This document shows, piece after piece, positions 1-10,687 of a stretch of 23,394 bases of DNA. The notes under the pieces were generated by a model. The model saw nothing but the letters and a program-made list of their open reading frames with translations, searched no databases and was not told where the DNA came from. Source of the DNA: Macrostomum lignano (Eukaryota). Positions within the stretch are counted from its first letter, which is position 1. The number at the start of each line of letters is the position of its first letter. The translations under genes and the position numbers were made by a program. Where the stretch lies: the NCBI GenBank assembly GCA_002269645.1, contig NIVC01001369.1, positions 1 through 23,394 of the forward strand, written 5' to 3'.

Positions 1-320
1 AATCCTCTCAGTGAAACTGGACTCCTTCGAAATCCTCTCCTTGAAACTTAAATCATCAAAATTGTTTCCATAAAACAGAAAATCAATCATAAATTATCTC
101 CGCGAAACAGAAAGCCTCTCCGTGAAGCTGAACATGATCGAAATCCTCCGTGAAACTGAACACCATTGGAAATCCTACTGACGTCCGTGAAACTGAACAC
201 CATCGAAATCCTCTCACGAAACAGAAATCTTCTCCGTCAGAATTTAAACATTGAAATCGTCTCCGCTAAACTTGACTTAATCGAATTTTTTCCGTCAAAC
301 AACTCAACTCGCCAGATTCA
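1..320 (+). repeat. Degenerate 30-bp minisatellite block (consensus ~ATCGAAATCCTCTCCGTGAAACTGAACACC), 5'-truncated by window edge
   Basis: Repeated GAAATCCTCTCCGTGAAACTG motif; homologous to 2160-2541. Confidence 0.9.
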
Positions 321-359
321 TTAGGTTAGGGTTAGGGTTAGGGTTAGGGTTAGGGTTAG
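321..359 (+). repeat. Interstitial telomere-type tract TTAGG(TTAGGG)5TTAG (U1)
   Basis: Read directly. Confidence 0.97.
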
Positions 360-1305
360 AACTACGCACTTGTGTTAAAAGGCAAGATAAAAATATTGAA
401 CTAATTGAATCAATTCATTGCGCAACCGATTTCACAGTCAGTCAGTATCAGCTCAGGTAAAGTTAACAAAACACATTGCGCAATCTAAATCAACCCTCCA
501 ATACACAGCAGCAGTGAGAAGTTGAACCTCCCCCCAACAATCTTTGCAGATTAATACAATCTTTGCAGAAAGTTAAAAGTATGGAAATAGTTTTTCAAAT
601 GCTGTGCTTTTTCTTTTCATATTTAAAGCAAACAACTTATATCCCCGAACTCAGCGTTGCAAGATCTTTCCAGCAATATAAGTTTTCTCTCAAAGTTTAA
701 AACTCGAGGAACAGTTAGCGTTTGAAACTGTCTGATTTATAGCATTGAAGTATCGAGTGTACGTTCACTGCCTGCTTGCAAGTTGATGCATTGAATTTCA
801 ATGTCCAACAAATACACAGGGCTGCCCATTGAAAGGCAGGAAAACTTATCAGTAGCCATATCATTGCGCAATTATCTATACAGTCAGCCAGTGAGCCCAG
901 GGTCCGATTGTACACAGGCAGCCATTTAGAAACGCCCCATCCCCGCCACTGGAGAGAAAATACACTGCAGAGATAGGGAAAAGTTGTGGCGCAATCACTT
1001 GAAATTCATGCAAATTTTCAGCTCCAAGCCAAGCAGAAAGAGGGGACAATTAAGATTATCAAAGGTCAAGATTCAAGTTTTCTGCTTTTTTGAGGATCTT
1101 AGAAATTAAAATTTCAGAATTAAAATAGCCTATAGCCGACCTCGGATAATTTCCAATCTTCCCATATAAGTTTCAACGCTGAGTTGGCACTATTCAAGGA
1201 GGAGTTGTCGAAATGACAGACAGACATACAGACAGACATACAGACAGACAAACAACGCGTCAACTTTAGTATATATAGACGAGTGGAACTCCTCCTTCGG
1301 AGGAG
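360..1305 (-). mobile_element. Putative non-autonomous rolling-circle (Helitron/HINE-like) module U1, 1 core
   Basis: Core 418-863, arm 864-1279 ending CTTTAGTATATATAGA (- strand TCTATATATACTAAAG), GACA microsatellite, IR GGAGGAGTT 1198-1206 / AACTCCTCC 1287-1295, hairpin 1289-1305. Family call is architectural inference. Confidence 0.45.
1215..1250 (+). repeat. Compound (GACA/TACA) microsatellite
   Basis: GACAGACAGACATACAGACAGACATACAGACAGACA. Confidence 0.95.
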
Positions 1306-1439
1306 AAAGGGGAAGAACTCCCATCACCGGAATTCTATTCCCTGAAATATCCATCAACTGAAATTCCATGTCTTTAACCCTATCTTCCAAATCGTCTCCA
1401 AATTCTTTACAAAATCTTTCAAAGACCATAGCTCAAAGA

Positions 1440-2148
1440 CTCTCAAGTCTCTCATATCTCCTCTCTCCTCTCTCTCATCTCATCTCTACCCCTGCTCCTT
1501 ATTTATCTCTTCTCCCTCGTCTTTCGTCTGTACCTTCTCCTGTCTTCTGTCTCCTCTCTTCACTCTTATCTCTCCCTCTTCTCTCCTCTCTCATATGTCA
1601 TCTCTACTCACTTATCTATCGTCTCTCTTAACCCTCTCTCTCTCTTCTCTTTTCTCTTCTCTCTGCTCTCATTTCTCATATTTCATATACGCTCTGACAC
1701 TACTTTCTTGTCTCCCATCTTTCTTCCTCCTTTTCACTATCCCCTGTCTCTTCTCTTCTCTCTTTTCTATTCTCTCCATTCTCTCTTTTCTCATTTCCTT
1801 GCTCCTTTCATCTCTCTCCTCTCTCCTCACTCTCTTCTCCTTTCGCTTCTCTCTCCTCTCTCTCCTCTCATCTTTACTACCTTATTTATATCTTCTCCTT
1901 AGTCTTTCGTCTGTACTCTCTCCTGTCTCCTCTCTCCCCTGCTCTCTCATCCCTCATCTCCTCATCTCACTCTTTCTTTCTCCTCTACTCTCCCCTCTCT
2001 TATATTGCCTCTGTACGCTCTTATCCCTCATCTATTCTCTCTCCTATCATCTCCAATCTGTCATGTCTAATCTCTCCACTCAATTATACTCTGTTTTCTA
2101 TCATCTCTTCTCTCTTCTCTTTTCAGTCTTCTCTTTACTCTCTTCTCT
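1440..2148 (+). repeat. CT-rich polypyrimidine low-complexity block (short type, ~709 bp)
   Basis: Almost only C/T on the + strand; nearly identical to four other copies. Confidence 0.95.
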
Positions 2149-2159
2149 GACTGATTGAA

Positions 2160-2541
2160 GATGCCAAATCCATCAAGATCCTCTCCGCGAAGCAAAAATC
2201 CTGTCTGTGCAACTAAAAACCATCGAAATCCTCTCAGTGAAACTGGACTCCTTCGAAATCCTCTCCTTGAAACTTAAATCCATCAAAATTGTTTCCATAA
2301 AACAGAAATCAATCATAAATTATCTCCGCGAAACAGAAAGCCTCTCCGTGAAGCTGAACATGATCGAAATCCTCTCCGTGAAACTGAACACCATGGAAAT
2401 CCTTTCGTGAAACTGAACATCATCGAAATCCTCTCCACGAAACAGAAATCTTCTCCGTCAGAATTTAAACATTGAAATCGTCTCCGTTAAACTTGACTTA
2501 ATCGAATTTTTTCCGTCAAACAACTTAACTCGCCAGATTCA
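2160..2541 (+). repeat. Degenerate 30-bp minisatellite block
   Basis: 382 bp from GATGCCAAATCC to the TTAGGG tract; repeated GAAATCCTCTCCGTGAAACTG. Confidence 0.9.
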
Positions 2542-2575
2542 TTAGGGTTAGGGTTAGGGTTAGGGTTAGGGTTAG
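2542..2575 (+). repeat. Interstitial (TTAGGG)5TTAG (U2)
   Basis: Read directly. Confidence 0.97.
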
Positions 2576-2638
2576 AACTACGCACAGCTTCGTGTTAAAA
2601 GGCACAGATAAAAATATTGAACTAATTGAATCAATTCA

Positions 2639-4010
2639 TTGCGCAACCGATTTCACAGTCAGTATCAGTCTCAGTTAAATTTAACCAAAAGATTGCGCAA
2701 TTTAAATCAACCCTCCAGTACACAGAGACCGACCCTTTTCAATACGCTGTGGCAGTTAGAAATTGAACCCCCATCTGTTGGGGGCATTGAACCAAAAAAT
2801 GAGTACAATCTTTGCATAAAGCTAAAAGTATGGAAATAGTTTTTTTGATGCTGCTCTTTTAGTCTTTATATTGAAAGCTAACAATTTATATCCTCGAACT
2901 CAGCATTGCAAGATCTTTTCAGCAGTATAAGTCTCTTCTCTTAAAGTTTAGAACTCGAAGAGCAGTTAGCGTTTGAAAGTTTCCGTTTTAAAGCATTAAA
3001 ATATCGAGTGTACGTTCACTGCCTGCCAAAGAGGCTCGCAAGTTGATTCATTCATTACACAGGCTGGCTATTACACAGGGCAGCGTATTGAAAGGCACAG
3101 ATAATAAAACAAATTGATGGTGCAACCGATTTCACAGTCAGTCAGTATCAGTCTCAGTTAAAGTTAACAAAAACATTGCGCAATCTAAATCAACCCTCCA
3201 ATACACAGCAGCAGTGAGAAGTTGAACCCTCCCCCCAACTTTATCTATTACGTCTCGCAAAACTGAGCACAATTTTTGCAGAAAGTTAAAAGCATGGAAA
3301 TAGTTTTTTCAATGCTGGCTTTTTCTTTACACATTTAAAGCAAACAACTTATATCCCCGAACTCAGCGTTGCAAGATCTTTCCAGCAATATAAGTTTCTC
3401 CTCTGAAAGTTTAAAACTCGAGGAACAGTTAGCGTTTGAATTTACCAATTTCCCGACTACTTGCTAGAGAAGCTCGCAAGTTTATTCATTGAATTTCACT
3501 GCCAAACTAATACACAGGGCCGATAATAAAAAATGAACCAATTGAATCAATTGATTGTGCAATATATTTCTGTGTTAGTCAGTATCAGTCTCAGTTAAAG
3601 TTAACAAACAGATTGCGCAATCTAAATCAACCCTCAAATACACACCGACCGACCTCCTAACTGTTGGGGGTCGGTCGAACGCCATTGAAATCCTAAAATG
3701 AGTACAATCTTTGCAGAAAGTTTAAAGTATGGAAATAGTTTTTGCAATGCAGAGCTTTTAGTTTTCATATTTAAAGCAAACAATTTATATCCCTGAAATC
3801 AGCTTTGCAAGTTCTTTCCAGCAATATAAATTTTTTTCTCTCAAAGTTAAAAACTCGAGCAACAGTTTGCGTTTGAAACTTTCTGATTTAAAGCATTGAA
3901 ATATCGATTGTACGTTCACTGCCTGCTAAAGAGGCCCGCAAGTTTATGCATTGAATTTCAAGGTTCAACAAAATCACAGGGCTGCCTATTGAAAATTAGA
4001 ACACAAATCT
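2639..4010 (+). repeat. Three diverged tandem core subrepeats a-b-c (479/437/456 bp)
   Basis: Each starts T(T/G)G(C/T)GCAA...CAGTCAGTATCAGTCTCAGTTAAA and contains ATTGCGCAAT, GGAAATAGTTTTT, GTACGTTCACTGCC (absent in b) and CACAGGG. Confidence 0.92.
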
Positions 4011-4350
4011 TTGCGCAATTGTCTATACAGTCAGCCAGTGAGCCAGGGTCCGATTGTACACATGCAGCCATTTAGAACGCCCCATCCCCCCACTGGAGAG
4101 AAAATACACTGCAGAGATAGGGAAAAGTTGTGGCGCAATCACTTGAAATTCATGCAAATTTCAGCTCCAAGCAGAAAGAGGGGACAATTAAGATTATCAA
4201 AGGTCAAGATTCGTTTTCTGCTTTTTTGAGGATCTTAGAAATTAAAATTTCAGAATTAAAATAGCCTATAGCCGACCTCGGATAATTTCCAATCTTCCCA
4301 TATAAGTTTCAACGCTGAGTTGGCACTATTCAAGGAGGAGTTGTCGAAAT

Positions 4351-4386
4351 GACAGACAGACATACAGACAGACATACAGACAGACA
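4351..4386 (+). repeat. Compound (GACA/TACA) microsatellite
   Basis: Read directly. Confidence 0.95.
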
Positions 4387-4575
4387 AACAACGCGTCAAC
4401 TTTAGTATATATAGACGAGTGGAACTCCTCCTTCGGAGGAGAAAGGGGAAGAACTCCCATCACCGGAATTCTATTCCCTGAAATATCCATCAACTGAAAT
4501 TCCATGTCTTTAACCCTATCTTCCAAATCGTCTCCAAATTCTTTACAAAATCTTTCAAAGACCATAGCTCAAAGA

Positions 4576-5284
4576 CTCTCAAGTCTCTCATATCTCCTCT
4601 CTCCTCTCTCTCATCTCATCTCTACCCCTGCTCCCTTATTTATCTCTTCTCCCTCGTCTTTCGTCTGTACCTTCTCCTGTCTTCTGTCTCCTCTCTTCAC
4701 TCTTATCTCTCCCTCTTCTCTCCTCTCTCATATGTCATCTCTACTCACTTATCTATCGTCTCTCTTAACCCTCTCTCTCTCTTCTCTTTTCTCTTCTCTC
4801 TGCTCTCATTTCTCATATTTCATATACGCTCTGACACTACTTTCTTGTCTCCCATCTTTCTTCCTCCTTTTCACTATCCCCTGTCTCTTCTCTTCTCTCT
4901 TTTCTATTCTCTCCATTCTCTCTTTTCTCCTTTCCTTGCTCCTTTCATCTCTCTCCTCTCTCCTCACTCTCTTCTCCTTTCGCTTCTCTCTCCTCTCTCT
5001 CCTCTCATCTTTACTACCTTATTTATATCTTCTCCCTAGTCTTTCGTCTGTACTCTCTCCTGTCTCCTCTCTCCCTCCTCTCTCATCCCTCATCTCCTCA
5101 TCTCACTCTTTCTTTCTCCTCTACTCTCCCCTCTCTTCTATTGCCTCTGTACGCTCTTATCCCTCATCTATTCTCTATCCTATCATCTCCAATCTGTCAT
5201 GTCTAATCTCTCCACTCAATTATACTCTGTTTTCTATCATCTCTTCTCTCTTCTCTTTTCAGTCTTCTCTTTACTCTCTTCTCT
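4576..5284 (+). repeat. CT-rich block (short type)
   Basis: Near-identical to 1440-2148. Confidence 0.95.
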
Positions 5285-5295
5285 GACTGATTGAA

Positions 5296-5706
5296 GATGC
5301 CAAATCCATCAAGATCCTCTCCGCGAAGCAAAAATCCTGTCTGTGCAACTAAAAACCATCGAAATCCTCTCAGTGAAACTGGACTCCTTCGAAATCCTCT
5401 CCTTGAAACTTAAATCCATCAAAATTGTTTCCATAAAACAGAAATCAATCATAAATTATCTCCGCGAAACAGAAAGCCTCTCCGTGAAGCTGAACATGAT
5501 CGAAATCCTCTCCGTGAAACTGAACACCATGGAAATCCTTTCGTGAAACTGAACATCATCGAAATCCTTTCGTGAAACTGAACATCATCGAAATCCTCTC
5601 CACGAAACAGAAATCTTCTCCGTCAGAATTTAAACATTGAAATCGTCTCCGCTAAACTTGACTTAATCGAATTTTTTCCGTCAAACAACTCAACTCGCCA
5701 GATTCA
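5296..5706 (+). repeat. 30-bp minisatellite block with one extra 29-bp unit
   Basis: GAAATCCTTTCGTGAAACTGAACATCATC duplicated; 411 bp versus 382 bp in sister copies. Confidence 0.9.
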
Positions 5707-5746
5707 TTAGGGTTAGGGTTAGGGTTAGGGTTAGGGTTAGGGTTAG
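5707..5746 (+). repeat. Interstitial (TTAGGG)6TTAG (U3)
   Basis: Read directly. Confidence 0.97.
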
Positions 5747-6693
5747 AACTACGCACAGCTTGTGTTAAAAGGCACAGATAAAAATATTGAACTAATTTGA
5801 ATCAATTCATTGCGCAACCGATTTCACAGTCAGTCAGTATCAGCCTCAGGTAAAGTTAACAAAAACATTGCGCAATCTAAATCGACCCTCCAATACACAG
5901 CAGCAGTGAGAAGTTGAACCCTCCCCCCAACAATCTTTGCAGATTAAAGTACAATCTTTGCAGAAAGTTAAAAGTATGGAAATAGTTTTTCAAATGCTGT
6001 GCTTTTTCTTTTCATATTTAAAGCAAACAACTTATATCCCCGAACTCAGCGTTGCAAGATCTTTCCAGCAATATAAGTTTCTCCTCTCAAAGTTTAAAAC
6101 TCGAGGAACAGTTAGCGTTTGAAACTGTCTGATTTATAGCATTGAAGTATCGAGTGTACGTTCACTGCCTGCTTGCAAGTTGATGCATTGAATTTCAATG
6201 TCCAACAAATACACAGGGCTGCCCATTGAAAGGCAGGAAAACTTATCAGTAGCCATATCATTGCGCAATTATCTATACAGTCAGCCAGTGAGCCAGGGTC
6301 CGATTGTACACAGGCAGCCATTTAGAACGCCCCATCCCCCACTGGAGAGAAAATACACTGCAGAGATAGGGAAAAGTTGTGGCGCAATCACTTGAAATTC
6401 ATGCAAATTTTCAGCTCCAAGCAGAAAGAGGGGACAATTAAGATTATCAAAGGTCAAGATTCAAGTTTTCTGCTTTTTTGAGGATCTTAGAAATTAAAAT
6501 TTCAGAATTAAAATAGCCTATAGCCGACCTCGGATAATTTCCAATCTTCCCATATAAGTTTCAACGCTGAGTTGGCACTATTCAAGGAGGAGTTGTCGAA
6601 ATGACAGACAGACATACAGACAGACATACAGACAGACAAACAACGCGTCAACTTTAGTATATATAGACGAGTGGAACTCCTCCTTCGGAGGAG
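5747..6693 (-). mobile_element. Putative Helitron/HINE-like module U3, 1 core
   Basis: Core 5810-6260; arm 6261-6667; hairpin 6677-6693; sister of U1. Confidence 0.45.
6603..6638 (+). repeat. Compound (GACA/TACA) microsatellite
   Basis: Read directly. Confidence 0.95.
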
Positions 6694-6827
6694 AAAGGGG
6701 AAGAACTCCCATCACCGGAATTCTATTCCCTGAAATATCCATCAACTGAAATTCCATGTCTTTAACCCTATCTTCCAAATCGTCTCCAAATTCTTTACAA
6801 AATCTTTCAAAGACCATAGCTCAAAGA

Positions 6828-7537
6828 CTCTCAAGTCTCTCATATCTCCTCTCTCCTCTCTCTCATCTCATCTCTACCCCTGCTCCCTTATTTATCTCTT
6901 CTCCCTCGTCTTTCGTCTGTACCTTCTCCTGTCTTCTGTCTCCTCTCTTCACTCTTATCTCTCCCTCTTCTCTCCTCTCTCATATGTCATCTCTACTCAC
7001 TTATCTATCGTCTCTCTTAACCCTCTCTCTCTCTTCTCTTTTCTCTTCTCTCTGCTCTCATTTCTCATATTTCATATACGCTCTGACACTACTTTCTTGT
7101 CTCCCATCTTTCTTCCTCCTTTTCACTATCCCCTGTCTCTTCTCTTCTCTCTTTTCTATTCTCTCCATTCTCTCTTTTCTCATTTCCTTGCTCCTTTCAT
7201 CTCTCTCCTCTCTCCTCACTCTCTTCTCCTTTCGCTTCTCTCTCCTCTCTCTCCTCTCATCTTTACTACCTTATTTATATCTTCTCCTTAGTCTTTCGTC
7301 TGTACTCTCTCCTGTCTCCTCTCTCCCCTGCTCTCTCATCCCTCATCTCCTCATCTCACTCTTTCTTTCTCCTCTACTCTCCCCTCTCTTATATTGCCTC
7401 TGTACGCTCTTATCCCTCATCTATTCTCTCTCCTATCATCTCCAATCTGTCATGTCTAATCTCTCCACTCAATTATACTCTGTTTTCTATCATCTCTTCT
7501 CTCTTCTCTTTTCAGTCTTCTCTTTACTCTCTTCTCT
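6828..7537 (+). repeat. CT-rich block (short type)
   Basis: Near-identical to 1440-2148. Confidence 0.95.
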
Positions 7538-7548
7538 GACTGATTGAA

Positions 7549-7930
7549 GATGCCAAATCCATCAAGATCCTCTCCGCGAAGCAAAAATCCTGTCTGTGCA
7601 ACTAAAAACCATCGAAATCCTCTCAGTGAAACTGGACTCCTTCGAAATCCTCTCCTTGAAACTTAAATCCATCAAAATTGTTTCCATAAAACAGAAATCA
7701 ATCATAAATTATCTCCGCGAAACAGAAAGCCTCTCCGTGAAGCTGAACATGATCGAAATCCTCTCCGTGAAACTGAACACCATGGAAATCCTTTCGTGAA
7801 ACTGAACATCATCGAAATCCTCTCCACGAAACAGAAATCTTCTCCGTCAGAATTTAAACATTGAAATCGTCTCCGTTAAACTTGACTTAATCGAATTTTT
7901 TCCGTCAAACAACTTAACTCGCCAGATTCA
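7549..7930 (+). repeat. 30-bp minisatellite block
   Basis: 382 bp, matches 2160-2541. Confidence 0.9.
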
Positions 7931-7964
7931 TTAGGGTTAGGGTTAGGGTTAGGGTTAGGGTTAG
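7931..7964 (+). repeat. Interstitial (TTAGGG)5TTAG (U4)
   Basis: Read directly. Confidence 0.97.
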
Positions 7965-8027
7965 AACTACGCACAGCTTCGTGTTAAAAGGCACAGATAA
8001 AAATATTGAACTAATTGAATCAATTCA

Positions 8028-9400
8028 TTGCGCAACCGATTTCACAGTCAGTATCAGTCTCAGTTAAATTTAACCAAAAGATTGCGCAATTTAAATCAAC
8101 CCTCCAGTACACAGAGACCGACCCCTTTTCAATACGCTGTGGCAGTTAGAAATTGAACCCCCATCTGTTGGGGGCATTGAACCAAAAAATGAGTACAATC
8201 TTTGCATAAAGCTAAAAGTATGGAAATAGTTTTTTTGATGCTGCTCTTTTAGTCTTTATATTGAAAGCTAACAATTTATATCCTCGAACTCAGCATTGCA
8301 AGATCTTTTCAGCAGTATAAGTCTCTTCTCTTAAAGTTTAGAACTCGAAGAGCAGTTAGCGTTTGAAAGTTTCCGTTTTAAAGCATTAAAATATCGAGTG
8401 TACGTTCACTGCCTGCCAAAGAGGCTCGCAAGTTGATTCATTCATTACACAGGCTGGCTATTACACAGGGCAGCGTATTGAAAGGCACAGATAATAAAAC
8501 AAATTGATGGTGCAACCGATTTCACAGTCAGTCAGTATCAGTCTCAGTTAAAGTTAACAAAAACATTGCGCAATCTAAATCAACCCTCCAATACACAGCA
8601 GCAGTGAGAAGTTGAACCCTCCCCCCAACTTTATCTATTACGTCTCGCAAAACTGAGCACAATTTTTGCAGAAAGTTAAAAGCATGGAAATAGTTTTTTC
8701 AATGCTGGCTTTTTCTTTACACATTTAAAGCAAACAACTTATATCCCCGAACTCAGCGTTGCAAGATCTTTCCAGCAATATAAGTTTCTCCTCTGAAAGT
8801 TTAAAACTCGAGGAACAGTTAGCGTTTGAATTTACCAATTTCCCGACTACTTGCTAGAGAAGCTCGCAAGTTTATTCATTGAATTTCACTGCCAAACTAA
8901 TACACAGGGCCGATAATAAAAAATGAACCAATTGAATCAATTGATTGTGCAATATATTTCTGTGTTAGTCAGTATCAGTCTCAGTTAAAGTTAACAAACA
9001 GATTGCGCAATCTAAATCAACCCTCAAATACACACCGACCGACCTCCTAACTGTTGGGGGGTCGGTCGAACGCCATTGAAATCCTAAAATGAGTACAATC
9101 TTTGCAGAAAGTTTAAAGTATGGAAATAGTTTTTGCAATGCAGAGCTTTTAGTTTTCATATTTAAAGCAAACAATTTATATCCCTGAAATCAGCTTTGCA
9201 AGTTCTTTCCAGCAATATAAATTTTTTCTCTCAAAGTTAAAAACTCGAGCAACAGTTTGCGTTTGAAACTTTCTGATTTAAAGCATTGAAATATCGATTG
9301 TACGTTCACTGCCTGCTAAAGAGGCCCGCAAGTTTATGCATTGAATTTCAAGGTTCAACAAAATCACAGGGCTGCCTATTGAAAATTAGAACACAAATCT
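8028..9400 (+). repeat. Three tandem core subrepeats a-b-c
   Basis: Near-identical to 2639-4010. Confidence 0.92.
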
Positions 9401-9741
9401 TTGCGCAATTGTCTATACAGTCAGCCAGTGAGCCAGGGTCCGATTGTACACATGCAGCCATTTAGAACGCCCCATCCCCCCACTGGAGAGAAAATACACT
9501 GCAGAGATAGGGAAAAGTTGTGGCGCAATCACTTGAAATTCATGCAAATTTTCAGCTCCAAGCAGAAAGAGGGGACAATTAAGATTATCAAAGGTCAAGA
9601 TTCGTTTTCTGCTTTTTTGAGGATCTTAGAAATTAAAATTTCAGAATTAAAATAGCCTATAGCCGACCTCGGATAATTTCCAATCTTCCCATATAAGTTT
9701 CAACGCTGAGTTGGCACTATTCAAGGAGGAGTTGTCGAAAT

Positions 9742-9777
9742 GACAGACAGACATACAGACAGACATACAGACAGACA
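9742..9777 (+). repeat. Compound (GACA/TACA) microsatellite
   Basis: Read directly. Confidence 0.95.
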
Positions 9778-9966
9778 AACAACGCGTCAACTTTAGTATA
9801 TATAGACGAGTGGAACTCCTCCTTCGGAGGAGAAAGGGGAAGAACTCCCATCACCGGAATTCTATTCCCTGAAATATCCATCAACTGAAATTCCATGTCT
9901 TTAACCCTATCTTCCAAATCGTCTCCAAATTCTTTACAAAATCTTTCAAAGACCATAGCTCAAAGA

Positions 9967-10676
9967 CTCTCAAGTCTCTCATATCTCCTCTCTCCTCTCT
10001 CTCATCTCATCTCTACCCCTGCTCCCTTATTTATCTCTTCTCCCTCGTCTTTCGTCTGTACCTTCTCCTGTCTTCTGTCTCCTCTCTTCACTCTTATCTC
10101 TCCCTCTTCTCTCCTCTCTCATATGTCATCTCTACTCACTTATCTATCGTCTCTCTTAACCCTCTCTCTCTCTTCTCTTTTCTCTTCTCTCTGCTCTCAT
10201 TTCTCATATTTCATATACGCTCTGACACTACTTTCTTGTCTCCCATCTTTCTTCCTCCTTTTCACTATCCCCTGTCTCTTCTCTTCTCTCTTTTCTATTC
10301 TCTCCATTCTCTCTTTTCTCATTTCCTTGCTCCTTTCATCTCTCTCCTCTCTCCTCACTCTCTTCTCCTTTCGCTTCTCTCTCCTCTCTCTCCTCTCATC
10401 TTTACTACCTTATTTATATCTTCTCCTTAGTCTTTCGTCTGTACTCTCTCCTGTCTCCTCTCTCCCCTGCTCTCTCATCCCTCATCTCCTCATCTCACTC
10501 TTTCTTTCTCCTCTACTCTCCCCTCTCTTATATTGCCTCTGTACGCTCTTATCCCTCATCTATTCTCTCTCCTATCATCTCCAATCTGTCATGTCTAATC
10601 TCTCCACTCAATTATACTCTGTTTTCTATCATCTCTTCTCTCTTCTCTTTTCAGTCTTCTCTTTACTCTCTTCTCT
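9967..10676 (+). repeat. CT-rich block (short type)
   Basis: Near-identical to 6828-7537. Confidence 0.95.
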
Positions 10677-10687
10677 GACTGATTGAA

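Larger units (their letters stand above)
2576..4441 (-). mobile_element. Putative Helitron/HINE-like module U2, 3 cores
   Basis: Cores at 2639, 3118, 3555; arm 4011-4415; hairpin 4425-4441. Confidence 0.45.
7965..9832 (-). mobile_element. Putative Helitron/HINE-like module U4, 3 cores
   Basis: Cores at 8028, 8508, 8945; arm 9401-9806; hairpin 9816-9832. Confidence 0.45.

Noticed and set aside
1190-1429. Recurrent 79-aa minus-strand ORF MVFERFCKEFGDDLEDR...
   Set aside because: It recurs only because the unit is repeated, runs through the hairpin and microsatellite (VCLYVCLY), is frameshifted in U5, broken in U7, and has no recognisable domain.
1368-2158. Long Ser/Leu-rich ORFs (187-321 aa here and at 4504, 6756, 9895, 13015, 13851, 15688, 16104, 18489)
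   Set aside because: CT-rich DNA lacks stop codons and translates to S/L/P/F. Frames differ between near-identical copies through 1-bp indels, so these are low-complexity artefacts.
2639-4010. Cores as tRNA, 5S, snRNA or SL-RNA genes or SINEs
   Set aside because: I could recognise no cloverleaf, A/B box pair, Sm site or rRNA-like sequence. A covariance-model search (Infernal/Rfam) would be needed to exclude this fully.
5707-5746. True chromosome end / functional telomere
   Set aside because: Tracts are at most 40 bp and are flanked on both sides by conserved unit sequence.
9401-9655. Short arm and core ORFs (MRNCLYSQ..., MRNRFHSQ..., MTFDNLNC..., MAACVQSD...)
   Set aside because: They are 61-108 aa, several open at TTG within the TTGCGCAA palindrome, and their ends vary among copies through indels; consistent with random ORFs.
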